Shown here: one piece after another, positions 18,013 to 27,715 of the stretch
How positions within the stretch are numbered: position 1 is the first letter of the stretch
Layout: each line of letters begins with the position of its first letter
Assembly: GCA_003161255.1 (NCBI GenBank)
Contig: PMOQ01000056.1
Location: 25,599-89,598, forward strand
Reading direction: 5' to 3'
Origin: Acidimicrobiaceae bacterium
Lineage (GTDB): Bacteria > Actinomycetota > Acidimicrobiia > Acidimicrobiales > RAAP-2
Length of the DNA: 64,000 nucleotides
Position numbers and translations under genes: made by a program
The notes under the pieces: generated by a model
The model's database searches: none
Seen by the model: the letters and a program-made list of their open reading frames with translations, nothing else
What the model was told of the DNA's origin: nothing

Positions 18013-18639
18013 ATGCTGGATCTGGCACTACTGGGATTGCTCGAGGAAGGGCCTCAGCATGGGTACGAGCTGCGAAAGCGGCTTCGGACCCAGTTCGGCC
18101 TGCTCGCGAACGTCTCGTTCGGATCCATCTACCCGGCACTGTCCAGGTTGGAGACCAACGGTTCGGTCGAGACGGTCGAAGGTGGCTCGCCCGTTTCCCT
18201 CGCTCCCCCGACGGGTTCCCTGAGCGGTGAGTGGGCGGCCATGCGGGCCCGTCGACGGGCCGGGACCCGTGGACGCCGGTCCAAAAAGGTGTACCGGATC
18301 ACGACGGCAGGGCGCGAGTTCTTCTTGACCCTGCTTTCGGACTCTACGGCCGATGACGCCCGGAGTTTCTCGCTGCGGCTGGCGTTCGCCCGCCACATGC
18401 CGCCCGAAGCCCGGCTCGCGCTCCTCGAGCGCCGCCGGGCCCAGCTCGTGCAGCACCTGACCGAGGTCGTCACGGCGGACGACCCCGAACTGGACGTCTA
18501 TGCACGCTCGGTCGCCGAGCACACCGCCGAAGGTGTCGAACAGGACATCGCCTGGGTCGACCGTTTGATAAGTGCCGAACGCGCCAACGCAGACGCCTCG
18601 GCAGTGCCGAACCGGCGAAGGACTCGCCGGTCAGCTTGA
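18013..18639 (+). CDS. PadR family transcriptional regulator
   Basis: [50 protein letters not shown] is the PadR winged-helix signature. Confidence 0.85.
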   Translation: MLDLALLGLLEEGPQHGYELRKRLRTQFGLLANVSFGSIYPALSRLETNGSVETVEGGSPVSLAPPTGSLSGEWAAMRARRRAGTRGRRSKKVYRITTAGREFFLTLLSDSTADDARSFSLRLAFARHMPPEARLALLERRRAQLVQHLTEVVTADDPELDVYARSVAEHTAEGVEQDIAWVDRLISAERANADASAVPNRRRTRRSA

Positions 18640-18649
18640 GGGAGACGAC

Positions 18650-19747
18650 ATGACCAGCATCCGTGTGGCGATCGCCGGCGTCGGCAACTGTGCCAGTTCG
18701 CTCATCCAGGGCATCGCCTTTTACAAGGACGCCGACCCGAATGACAACGTGCCCGGCCTCATGCACGTCGTTCTCGGCGGCTACCACGTTCGCGACCTCG
18801 AGCCGGTTGCGGCATTCGACGTCGATGCGACGAAGGTCGGGACCGATCTGTCCAAGGCCATCCTGGCTGGCCAGAACAACACGATCCGGTTCGCCGAGGT
18901 CGGCTTTCTCGGTGTGACCGTCCAGCGGGGGCCGACCTTTGACGGCCTGGGCCACTATTACCGGGAGATCGTCGATGAGTCGCCGGCCCAGCCCGTCGAC
19001 GTCACCCAGGCGCTGCGCGCCGCCCGGGCCGACGTGCTCGTGTCCTACCTTCCCGTCGGCTCCGAACAAGCGCAGCGCTACTACGCCGACGCCGCGCTCG
19101 CCGCGGGAGTGGCGTTCGTCAACGCGATCCCCGTCTTCATTGCTTCTGACCCGGACTCGGCCCGTCGCTTCCGTGATGCCGGCGTGCCGATCATCGGCGA
19201 CGACATCAAGAGTCAGGTGGGTTCGACGATCGTGCACCGCATCCTGACCCGACTCTTCGAGGACCGGGGCCTCGTGCTGGACCGCACCTACCAGCTGAAC
19301 GTCGGCGGCAACATGGACTTCAAGAACATGTTGGAGCGGGACCGGCTCGAGTCCAAGAAGATCTCGAAGACCCAGGCCGTGACCAGCCAGATCGAGCACG
19401 CCCCGCTCCCAGCCGACGACGTCCACATCGGCCCTTCGGACCACGTCCCGTGGCTGGCCGACCGCAAGTGGGCCTACATCCGCATGGAGGGTCGGAACTT
19501 CGGTGACGTGCCCCTCAACCTGGAGCTCAAGCTGGAGGTTTGGGACTCCCCCAACTCGGCCGGTGTCATCATCGATGCCATCCGCTGCGCCAAGCTGGCC
19601 CTCGACCGCAAGATCGGTGGACCGCTCCTCGGCCCGTCGGCCTACCTCATGAAGTCCCCCCCGGTGCAATACCGGGACGAGGTGGCACGAGAGATGGTGG
19701 ACGACTTCGCCGCCGGCGGCGACGCGGGAGTCTGGCCACCGGACTGA
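18650..19747 (+). CDS. ino1: inositol-3-phosphate synthase
   Basis: Internal start [26 protein letters not shown]... with GAGGGAG upstream. 365 aa, typical of actinobacterial Ino1, and 10 nt downstream of the padR stop. Confidence 0.9.
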   Translation: MTSIRVAIAGVGNCASSLIQGIAFYKDADPNDNVPGLMHVVLGGYHVRDLEPVAAFDVDATKVGTDLSKAILAGQNNTIRFAEVGFLGVTVQRGPTFDGLGHYYREIVDESPAQPVDVTQALRAARADVLVSYLPVGSEQAQRYYADAALAAGVAFVNAIPVFIASDPDSARRFRDAGVPIIGDDIKSQVGSTIVHRILTRLFEDRGLVLDRTYQLNVGGNMDFKNMLERDRLESKKISKTQAVTSQIEHAPLPADDVHIGPSDHVPWLADRKWAYIRMEGRNFGDVPLNLELKLEVWDSPNSAGVIIDAIRCAKLALDRKIGGPLLGPSAYLMKSPPVQYRDEVAREMVDDFAAGGDAGVWPPD

Positions 19748-19759
19748 ACGGCGGCGACC

Positions 19760-21175
19760 TCAGTTCTCGGACTGCGTCGACCACCAATCGCGCAGTCGGC
19801 GGGTGGCCTCCTCCTCGCCGAGCGGGCCCTCCTCGATGCGCAGCTCCAATAGGAAGTCGAGCGCGCGCCCGACTGCAGGACCGGGCGGCAACCCGCACAG
19901 CTCCATCACCTTGTTCCCGTCGAGGTCCGGCCGCATCGCGTCCAACTCCTCGCGCTCGCGCAGGTCGGCGATCCGCTCCTCCAGCTCATCCATGCGTCGT
20001 CCGAGCGATCGAGCCTTGGCTGCGTTGCGGGTCGTGCAGTCGCACCGAGTGAGCTCGTTCAGCCGGTCGAGGAGCGGACCGGCGTCGCGGACGTAGCGCC
20101 GCACCGCTCGGTCAGTCCACCCGAGTTGATACGTGTGGAAGCGCAGGTGCAGTTCGACGAGGCGGGTGATGGTGGCCACCTCGTCGTTGGGGTAGCGCAG
20201 GGCTTCCATCCGATCACGCGTCATGCGCGCCCCGACCACCTCGTGGTGGTGGAACGTGACCACCCCGCCGGGCGCAAACGCACGCGTCCGAGGCTTGCCG
20301 ATGTCGTGGAAGAGCGCGGCCAGGCGGAGCACCCGATCTGGCGAGGTCCGATCGACGACAGCCAGGGTGTGGGCCAGGACGTCCTTGTGCCGGTGGATCG
20401 GGTCCTGTTCGAGGGCGAGTGCGGGGAGCTCGGGCAAGAACTCGTCGGCCAGCCCGGTCTCGACGACGAACCACAACCCGATCGAAGGGGTGGCGACCAT
20501 CACCAGGCGGTCCAGCTCCCCTCGAATCCGTTCGGCCGAGACGATCGCGAGCCTGTGATGCCCGACCTTCACCGCTTCGACGAGGTCGGGCTCCGGCCGG
20601 AGGCCGTACCCGGCCATGAAGCGGGCCGCGCGGAGCATGCGGAGCGGATCGTCCTCGAAGGACACGTCGGGCCCGAGCGGGGTGCGCAGGACGCCGGCGG
20701 CGAGGTCGGCGAGGCCACCGAACGGGTCGCTCAACGCGAAGTCGGGCAGGCGCAACGCCATCGCGTTGACCGTGAAGTCTCGACGGGACAGGTCCTGTTC
20801 GATGTCCTTGCCGAACGTCACCTCGGGCTTGCGCGAGTCCGGCCGATAGACCTCCGCACGGTGGGTCGTGATCTCGTAGTGGCGGCCCTTGGCCTGGCAA
20901 CCGATGGTCCCGAACTTCGCCCCTTGGGTCCAGATCACGTCGGCCCACCCGGTGACGATCTCTTCGATCTCTTCAGGCCGGGCGTCGGTGGTCAGATCGA
21001 AGTCGGGATCCTTGTCCGCCGGGCCCCGTGCTTGGTCACCGGCTGGCGCGATGAACGCGTCTCGGACCGACCCCCCGACCAGGTAGAGCCGCTTATCGGC
21101 GCGATCGAAGCGCTCCCCTAACTCGGTGGTGGCATCGACCAGATGCCGAAACCGCTCCGGGACGGTCGGCGACAC
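19760..21175 (-). CDS. cca: CCA tRNA nucleotidyltransferase / poly(A) polymerase family with HD domain
   Basis: C-terminal 471 aa of track ORF 19760..22894. LYLVGGSVRDAF...DFDLTT (NTase motif), RDFTVNAMA, HRHKDVLAHTL...LFHDIGKP (HD). GTG at 21175. Confidence 0.85.
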   Translation of the reverse strand: MSPTVPERFRHLVDATTELGERFDRADKRLYLVGGSVRDAFIAPAGDQARGPADKDPDFDLTTDARPEEIEEIVTGWADVIWTQGAKFGTIGCQAKGRHYEITTHRAEVYRPDSRKPEVTFGKDIEQDLSRRDFTVNAMALRLPDFALSDPFGGLADLAAGVLRTPLGPDVSFEDDPLRMLRAARFMAGYGLRPEPDLVEAVKVGHHRLAIVSAERIRGELDRLVMVATPSIGLWFVVETGLADEFLPELPALALEQDPIHRHKDVLAHTLAVVDRTSPDRVLRLAALFHDIGKPRTRAFAPGGVVTFHHHEVVGARMTRDRMEALRYPNDEVATITRLVELHLRFHTYQLGWTDRAVRRYVRDAGPLLDRLNELTRCDCTTRNAAKARSLGRRMDELEERIADLREREELDAMRPDLDGNKVMELCGLPPGPAVGRALDFLLELRIEEGPLGEEEATRRLRDWWSTQSEN

Positions 21176-21229
21176 CAGGCCACGGTAGTGGACCCCGGTC
21201 CGACGCCCGCGACCGGTTAGCGTTGCTCG

Positions 21230-23332
21230 GTGTTGTTGCGCCGTGTCCGTTCCGCGATTGCGGTCGCGGTCGCGATCGGTGGATCTGCCCTCGCGGTCGC
21301 GCCGAGCCCGGGCCCGGCCGTCGCATCCGTGGGCTCCCCCACCCTCACATTGCTCTCGCAGACCCCGTCGGTGACACCGGTCGCGCCCGGTGATCCGGCA
21401 CCGTTCACGATCCAAGTCGAGGTCAACGGTTCGGTACCGAAGGACGCCGAACTGGGCCTCACCTTCTACCAAAAGCTGGGTACCCGATCGGCGTTCGAGC
21501 AGACGCTCACCAGCCCACCGACCGACGTGCTCCAGGCTCTGGCACCGACACCGGTCGCCGGCATGAAGGCCGGCCGACGTGGCGGGTTGCAATCCACGAC
21601 GACGATCGTGCCCGACACGCCGGAGGCTTCGGACTCCGGTTCGATCGACCTCAGCGCCCGCCACGCATGCGTGGTCGGCAGCGGTCGGTGCTCGGGGGTG
21701 TACCCGGTGGTGGTTCAGTTGCTCGGGCCGAGCGGTTCCGTCGTCGCCCACCTCACGACCTATCTGATCTATGCCGAGGAGCGGAGCACGAACCCGCTGG
21801 TCTTCTCGTGGGTGGTCCCGTTCGGGGCGCCCGAGGACATCCGCACTCGGGGCAACCTCTCCGACCCGTTCATACCCCTCAGCGCTTCCCGGGCAAGGGA
21901 CCTCTCCTTTCTCGGACGCGCGCTTGTCCAAGACGCCGGCGTCAAGGTCTCCATCGCGGCCAGCCCGGCGACGGTGCAACAGCTCGCCGTCAGCACCTCG
22001 ACGGACGCGCGGGCTGCGCTCGGCGCCATCAGCAGCCTCGCCGTCGGCGGCAGCGCCACCCATGAGCTCATCGCCCAGCCGTATGTACCGGTCAACCTCG
22101 CCTCGATCGCTTCGGCGGGGGTCGGCGCCGAGATACAGGGCCAGATGCAGGGTGGCCAGAGGATCATGGAGCAGCTGCTCGGGGGGCTCCCGGACGTCGA
22201 TCAGCCGTCGAAGACCACCTGGGTCGCCACCGGACCGGTGAACCCGTCGATCGTCGGCGGACTCCACATCGCCAAGGCGTCCGACCTGGTTCTCCCCGAG
22301 GCAGCTCTCGAACCCGCAACCGAGCTCGACGATGCGACGTGGTCGCAGCCGTTCACCCTCCTGGCGGGAAAGGGTCAGGTTGGGAAGGCCGCAGTGATCG
22401 ACGCCCAGCTGTCGAGCTACTTCACCGACGACCCGGGCGACCCGGTGCTCGCGGCCAACCAGCTCCTGGCCGATCTCGCGCAGATCCACTACGAGCTGCC
22501 GGGCGCGAGCGACCCGACCCGCGGCGTAATTGCCGTACCCCCATCGGACTGGGACCCCGATCCCGCGTTCGTCAGCGCGTTGCTGACTGGACTCAACGGG
22601 AATCCGATCGTCACGACGGCGACCCTGACCCAGTACTTCAGTGGTCTGGTGCCCGTTGGCGGCAACCAGGCCGCAACCACCCGTCGGCTGGCCGCGGCCG
22701 GGTCGGGGCAGCAGTTCACCAACGGCCAGGCCGTCGCGATCGTCGCCGCACGCATCGACATCGACGGCTTCACGAAGGCTGTTCAGGGAGACGCGGCCTT
22801 GGTGGCCCAACTGGAGGACCTGTTGTTGGCATCCGAGTCGAGCGAGCTGAAACCGGCGGCCCAGCGCGCCGGTGTCGCCACCTTCCAGCGCCATCTCGCC
22901 GCCGAGCTGTCCGGGATCCAGGTGCTCACGAGCACCGTGACCCTGACGGCACGAACGGCGTCCATCCCCATCACGATCGTCTCTTCAGCGAGCTACCACC
23001 TCCAGGCCAAGCTCACCCTGTCGAGCGCCAAGCTCGAGTTCCCAGCCGGATCCACCCGCCGGGTGTCCATCGACCACCCCACCAACACGACCCAGGTCGA
23101 GGTAAAGGCGCTGACGTCGGGTGACCTGCCGCTCGCGTTCACCCTCACCTCGCCCGACGGCTCGTTGATCATCGCCCATGGCAGGTTGACGGTGCGGTCG
23201 ACGGCAACCTCGATCGTCGGCATCGTTCTGACGCTCGTGGCGGCTCTCGTCCTGGTCGCCTGGTGGGTCCGGACCTGGCGCAAGAGCCGTCGCCTGCGTC
23301 GAGCCCGGTCCACCCGAGGTGCGCCTGCATGA
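21230..23332 (+). CDS. large secreted/membrane-anchored conserved protein (DUF6049 / Rv3909-like)
   Basis: 700 aa with a signal-like N-terminus (LLRRVRSAIAVAVAIGGSALAVAPSPG) and a single C-terminal TM plus basic tail (IVGIVLTLVAALVLVAWWVRTWRKSRRLRR). The stop overlaps the murJ start (ATGA), the same position as Rv3909 next to mviN. Confidence 0.7.
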   Translation: MLLRRVRSAIAVAVAIGGSALAVAPSPGPAVASVGSPTLTLLSQTPSVTPVAPGDPAPFTIQVEVNGSVPKDAELGLTFYQKLGTRSAFEQTLTSPPTDVLQALAPTPVAGMKAGRRGGLQSTTTIVPDTPEASDSGSIDLSARHACVVGSGRCSGVYPVVVQLLGPSGSVVAHLTTYLIYAEERSTNPLVFSWVVPFGAPEDIRTRGNLSDPFIPLSASRARDLSFLGRALVQDAGVKVSIAASPATVQQLAVSTSTDARAALGAISSLAVGGSATHELIAQPYVPVNLASIASAGVGAEIQGQMQGGQRIMEQLLGGLPDVDQPSKTTWVATGPVNPSIVGGLHIAKASDLVLPEAALEPATELDDATWSQPFTLLAGKGQVGKAAVIDAQLSSYFTDDPGDPVLAANQLLADLAQIHYELPGASDPTRGVIAVPPSDWDPDPAFVSALLTGLNGNPIVTTATLTQYFSGLVPVGGNQAATTRRLAAAGSGQQFTNGQAVAIVAARIDIDGFTKAVQGDAALVAQLEDLLLASESSELKPAAQRAGVATFQRHLAAELSGIQVLTSTVTLTARTASIPITIVSSASYHLQAKLTLSSAKLEFPAGSTRRVSIDHPTNTTQVEVKALTSGDLPLAFTLTSPDGSLIIAHGRLTVRSTATSIVGIVLTLVAALVLVAWWVRTWRKSRRLRRARSTRGAPA

Positions 23333-24990
23333 GCGAGGCGGTCGAGGAGACCGGAGGGTCCGCAGCGGGGTCCGAGGGCGGACGGGGACTGCAGCGGGCC
23401 ACCTTGGGCATGGCACTCGGCACCGCCGTCTCGCGCCTCACCGGGGTCGGCCGAATCCTCGTGCTCGCGTACGCGCTCGGGTTCCACCATCTGGCCGACG
23501 CCTACAACCTCGCCAACACCAGTCCCAACATGCTCTACGACATCGTCTTGGGCGGGGTGTTGTCGGCGACGTTCATCCCAGTGTTCATCGACCGCCTCGC
23601 CACGCGCTCGAACAAGGAGGCGTGGCGGGCCATCTCCGCCGTCGTCACCCTGGCCCTGGCCGTCCTCGCGGTCGCGACAATCGTGTTCTGGCTCCTGGCG
23701 CCGCTCGTCATCGACGCGTTCACCGCATTCGGCCACAACTCGGGCATCTCCCCGGCCACCCTCACGTCCGAGCGGGCGGTGGCGACGGACCTCCTGCGTT
23801 GGTTCGTGCCGCAGGTCTTCTTCTACGGCGTGATCAGCCTGGTCACCGCGCTCTTGAACGCACGGCACCGGTTTGGGGCACCGACCTGGGTGCCGGTGGC
23901 CAACAACCTCGTCTGCATCGCCGTCTTGTTGTGGTTCCACCACGTCGCACCGAACCCCTCGCTGCACGGCACGCTGCTTCACGGCCACCAGCTGGAGCTC
24001 CTGGGCCTCGGGACCACCGCCGGGGTGGCACTCCAAGCCCTCCTGCTCGCGCCGAGCTTCGCCCGGGCCGGTCTCGGGAGGGTGAGGTTCCACTGGGAAC
24101 CGGGCCACGAGGCCGTCCGCACCGTCTTGAAGTTGGGTCTGTGGACGTTCGGGTTCGTGTTGGCGAACCAGATCGCCCTGTACGTCGTCCTAGCGTTGGC
24201 CGTGGGTGCGAAGGGCGATGGCACGGTGTCCTCGTACACGTACGCGTACGCGTTCATGCAGATGCCATACGCGGTGGTCGCAGTCTCGGTGATGAGCGCC
24301 GTGACGCCGGACCTGTCGCGCTATTGGGCGTTGGACGACGTCGCGGCGTTCCGGCGACGTTTCACCGGCGGCCTGCGCGCCGTGCTCTCGATCATCCTCC
24401 CGGCTGCGGTCGGCATGCTCCTCCTGGCCAAGCCGGCCATCGCCCTCCTGCTCGGGCACGGGGTCGCAAAGCCCGGCGAGACCGCCGACGCCGGCGCCGC
24501 GTTGGCGATCCTGGCGGCCGGGCTCCCCGGATTCTGCAGCTTCTTGTTCGTGGTCCGGGCCCTGCAGGCGATGCAGCGCACCAGGGTCGCGTTCTGGCTG
24601 TACCTGGTCGAGAACGGGATCAACGTGGTCCTTGCGCTCGCCCTCGTGCACTCGATGAGCGTCCGGGGACTGGCCGTCTCCGTCTCGGTCGCGTACTCGA
24701 TCGCCGCGGTGCTCGGTATTGCCGTGTTGCGGGGCTGGCTCGGGAACCTGGGCGGTCGACGCGCGTGGTCTCCGCTGCGCGGTTCGGCGCTCTCGACGAT
24801 TGTGATGGGCATCGCGGTGCTCGTCGTGTCCAACCTCTCCGGGGCCTCCCACGGCGTCGGCCTCCTCGTGCGGGTGGTGGCTTCGGTCGCCGTCGGGGCG
24901 GCGGCCTACCTCGGCACCGCGGTCTTCATGGCCAACCATGAGCGGCGGGCCCAACGCCGGGACCGCAGGCCTCCGCCACGACCGTGGTGA
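23329..24990 (+). CDS. murJ: lipid II flippase MurJ (MviN); no C-terminal pseudokinase domain
   Basis: Internal start MSEAVEETGG... ALGTAVSRLTGVGRILVLAYALG..ADAYNLANTSPNMLYDIVLGGVLSATFIPVF is the MurJ N-terminal signature. About 14 TM segments, 553 aa. Confidence 0.85.
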   Translation: MSEAVEETGGSAAGSEGGRGLQRATLGMALGTAVSRLTGVGRILVLAYALGFHHLADAYNLANTSPNMLYDIVLGGVLSATFIPVFIDRLATRSNKEAWRAISAVVTLALAVLAVATIVFWLLAPLVIDAFTAFGHNSGISPATLTSERAVATDLLRWFVPQVFFYGVISLVTALLNARHRFGAPTWVPVANNLVCIAVLLWFHHVAPNPSLHGTLLHGHQLELLGLGTTAGVALQALLLAPSFARAGLGRVRFHWEPGHEAVRTVLKLGLWTFGFVLANQIALYVVLALAVGAKGDGTVSSYTYAYAFMQMPYAVVAVSVMSAVTPDLSRYWALDDVAAFRRRFTGGLRAVLSIILPAAVGMLLLAKPAIALLLGHGVAKPGETADAGAALAILAAGLPGFCSFLFVVRALQAMQRTRVAFWLYLVENGINVVLALALVHSMSVRGLAVSVSVAYSIAAVLGIAVLRGWLGNLGGRRAWSPLRGSALSTIVMGIAVLVVSNLSGASHGVGLLVRVVASVAVGAAAYLGTAVFMANHERRAQRRDRRPPPRPW

Positions 24991-25036
24991 GTCGTTGGTG
25001 GCAGACTCATCGCCTGCCTAAACGAGAGAGGTGCCC

Positions 25037-25879
25037 ATGGCCCGGGTACGGATCGTCACCGACAGCGCCTGCGACCTGACCGACCAGCTCGCCACTGACA
25101 ATGGGATCGTCATCGTCCCGCTCAGCATCCGCTTCGGCGACGAGGAGCTGGTCGACCGTCGGGACCTCAATGCGGAGGAGTTCTGGAAGCGCTGCGCCTC
25201 GAGCCCGACCCTCCCCGAGACGTCCGCCCCCCCGCCCGGCGCGTTCCAGAGCGTCTTTGAGGCCGCCCGCGACGACGGGTATGACGCCGTCGTCTGCGTC
25301 ACCATCTCGGCCGAGCTCTCGTCCGGGACCCACCAATCCGCGGTGACCGCCGCCGGCGCCGCGCACGGCATCGACGTGCGGGTCGTCGACACCCGGACCG
25401 TCACCATGGGCCAGGGTCTGGTCGCGCTGGCCGCCGCAGAGGCAGCATCGTCGGGGGCCGACGCGGCGGCCATCTCCGACCTGGCTGCCGAGGTCGCACT
25501 GCGTACCCGTGTCTTCGGCGCCATCGACACGTTGGAGCACCTCCAGCGGGGCGGACGGATCGGGGCCGCCCGGGCCATGCTCGGCTCGATGCTGTCCATC
25601 AAGCCGGTCATCCAGGTGTCGAACGGCATCGTGGCCGAGGAGTCGAAGCAACGGACCCGGTCGAGGTGTCTCGAGTACCTGGCCGGGAAGGTTCGTGCGG
25701 CGGCGCCCCTCGAGCGGCTGGCCGTCTGCGACGGGGCTGCGCCCGACCTGGACAAGTTCCTCGGCCTCCTCGACGGGATCGAGGTACACCAGGGGCTCCT
25801 GACCGTCGAGCTCGGGCCGGTCGTCGGCACGCACACCGGGCCCGGCACGATCGGCGTCTGCTACGAACTGCCCGCCTGA
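25037..25879 (+). CDS. DegV family (fatty-acid-binding) protein
   Basis: MARVRIVTDSACDLTDQLATDNGIVIVPLSIRFGDEE...PETSAPPPGAF...ISAELSSGTHQSA, typical of DegV. Confidence 0.85.
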   Translation: MARVRIVTDSACDLTDQLATDNGIVIVPLSIRFGDEELVDRRDLNAEEFWKRCASSPTLPETSAPPPGAFQSVFEAARDDGYDAVVCVTISAELSSGTHQSAVTAAGAAHGIDVRVVDTRTVTMGQGLVALAAAEAASSGADAAAISDLAAEVALRTRVFGAIDTLEHLQRGGRIGAARAMLGSMLSIKPVIQVSNGIVAEESKQRTRSRCLEYLAGKVRAAAPLERLAVCDGAAPDLDKFLGLLDGIEVHQGLLTVELGPVVGTHTGPGTIGVCYELPA

Positions 25880-25928
25880 GGCCCTGACCAGCGACGGCGC
25901 GCCGAGGGCCGCCGACTAACCTTCGGCC

Positions 25929-26270
25929 ATGGCAGCCGATTCCGAACAGGACCGCGCCGCGCCCACCTCCACGTCCGAGGAGTGGTCGAACAGGGCCATC
26001 GATGCGGTCGACACGGTGGTCGACGTCGTCCACGACAGGGTCGTGCGGCCGGCCCTCATCGGCGGCCGGGCCGTCGTCTTCGGCACCCTGATCGCGTTCG
26101 TCTCCCTCGTCGCGTTGATTCTCCTCCCCGTCGCTCTCATCCGTCTCCTCGACGTCTACGCGTTCGGCGGCCGGGTGTGGGCCTCCGACGCCCTCTTCGG
26201 TGCCATCTTCTGCGCCGCCGGCTTCTATCTGTGGTCCCTCCGGGGCCGACGGAACACGACCGACAGCTGA
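25929..26270 (+). CDS. hypothetical small membrane protein (2 predicted TM segments)
   Basis: 113-aa ORF with G/C-ending codon bias and two hydrophobic stretches. TAACCT (25917..25922) sits exactly 6 nt upstream of the ATG, a leaderless-promoter geometry. I recognise no family. Confidence 0.5.
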   Translation: MAADSEQDRAAPTSTSEEWSNRAIDAVDTVVDVVHDRVVRPALIGGRAVVFGTLIAFVSLVALILLPVALIRLLDVYAFGGRVWASDALFGAIFCAAGFYLWSLRGRRNTTDS

Positions 26271-26280
26271 TCGCGCGCCG

Positions 26281-27237
26281 ATGACCGAACGCCGCAAGGT
26301 CCTCATCGCCGGTTCCGGCCCGGCCGGCCTCACCGCCGCCGTCTACAGCGCCCGCGCCCAACTCCAGCCCGTGGTCCTCGAGGGTGAGCCCTCCTCCACG
26401 AGCGACCAGCCGGGTGGCCAGCTGATGCTGACCACCGACGTCGAGAACTATCCGGGTTTCCCCGACGGGGTGATGGGGCCCGAGCTCATGGCCTCGATGC
26501 GGGCTCAGGCCGAACGGTTCGGCGCCGAGCTCCACACGGCCAAGGTCAGCCGCCTCGACCTCTCCGGTCCCCCGTTCTCGGTCTGGGTCGGATCCGACTC
26601 GGGCGACCCGACCTACGAGGTCGAGGCGCTCATCGTGGCCACCGGGGCGCAGTCCCTGAGGCTGAACGTCCCCGGCGAGGAACGCCTGCTCGCCCATGGC
26701 GTCTCGACCTGCGCCACCTGCGACGGGTTCTTCTTCCGGGGCCAGGACATCGCGGTCGTGGGCGGCGGGGACTCGGCCCTCGAGGAGGCGCTCTTCCTCA
26801 CCCGCTTCGCCAGCTCGGTCACCCTCGTCCACCGCCGTGACCAGCTCCGGGCGTCCAAGATCATGCAGGACCGCGCCCTCGCGCACCCGACCATCAACGT
26901 CCGATGGAACTCGAGGGTGCTCGAGGTCAACGGTGACACCAAGGTGGAGAGCCTGAGGGTCGCCGATACGGTCTCCGGGGAAGAGGCCGACCTCCCGGTC
27001 ACCGGGTTGTTCGTCGCCATCGGCCACGAGCCCAACACCGCCGTCGTGAAGGGCCAGCTCGAGCTCGACGACATGGGCTACGTCAAGACCTTCGGGGGAT
27101 CCATCACGAGCGTGGAGGGCGTCTTCGCCTGCGGCGACGTCCAGGACCACTTCTACCGCCAGGCCGTCACGGCCGCCGGATCGGGATGCATGGCCGCCAT
27201 CGACGCCGAGCGCTACCTGGAGGCCCGCGGGTCCTGA
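26281..27237 (+). CDS. trxB: thioredoxin-disulfide reductase
   Basis: Internal start [26 protein letters not shown]. Redox-active CATCDG, second dinucleotide motif [12 protein letters not shown]. 318 aa. Confidence 0.9.
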   Translation: MTERRKVLIAGSGPAGLTAAVYSARAQLQPVVLEGEPSSTSDQPGGQLMLTTDVENYPGFPDGVMGPELMASMRAQAERFGAELHTAKVSRLDLSGPPFSVWVGSDSGDPTYEVEALIVATGAQSLRLNVPGEERLLAHGVSTCATCDGFFFRGQDIAVVGGGDSALEEALFLTRFASSVTLVHRRDQLRASKIMQDRALAHPTINVRWNSRVLEVNGDTKVESLRVADTVSGEEADLPVTGLFVAIGHEPNTAVVKGQLELDDMGYVKTFGGSITSVEGVFACGDVQDHFYRQAVTAAGSGCMAAIDAERYLEARGS

Positions 27238-27341
27238 GCGGCCGGGGAACAAGCGAGCCAGCGCGGGCGTTGTGAGGATCGGGTGCCGGTTCGGCCGGTT
27301 CCGTCAAAACGGTGGCCGAATGGGCCCAAGAGGAGGTTCGA

Positions 27342-27668
27342 ATGAGCGGGAAGATCGTGCAGCTCGACGACGCTACGTTTGACGAGCATGTCAAGGCCTC
27401 GGAAGTACCGGTCTTGGTGGACTTCTGGGCGGAGTGGTGTGGGCCGTGCAAGGTGATCGCCCCGATCCTGGAAGAGATCGCCGAGGAGCAGGGCGAGAAG
27501 ATCTCGATCGTCAAGTTGAACGTCGACGACAATCTCGACGTCACGAGGCGCTACGACGTGATGAGCATCCCGACGCTGCTCCTGTTCAAGGACGGCGAGC
27601 CCAAGGCGCGTCTGGTCGGGGCGAAGCCGAAGGCCCAACTCCTCCAGGAGATCTCGGCGTACCTGTAG
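27342..27668 (+). CDS. trxA: thioredoxin
   Basis: MSGKIVQLDDATFDEHV...LVDFWAEWCGPCKVIAP. AGAGGAGG lies upstream of ATG 27342. Confidence 0.9.
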   Translation: MSGKIVQLDDATFDEHVKASEVPVLVDFWAEWCGPCKVIAPILEEIAEEQGEKISIVKLNVDDNLDVTRRYDVMSIPTLLLFKDGEPKARLVGAKPKAQLLQEISAYL

Positions 27669-27715
27669 GGGCAGACGAGGTCCTACTCCTCGCGGAGGGC
27701 ACGAGCGGTGACGCA

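Noticed and set aside
19760-22894. 1044-aa minus-strand ORF, the longest in the track
   Set aside because: Only the C-terminal 471 aa (from GTG 21175) look like a real protein, the CCA-adding enzyme with NTase and HD motifs. The N-terminal ~570 codons are Arg/Gly/Asp-rich nonsense antisense to the DUF6049 gene, which has a signal peptide, a TM anchor and an ATGA junction to murJ. This is a typical open antisense frame of high-GC DNA.
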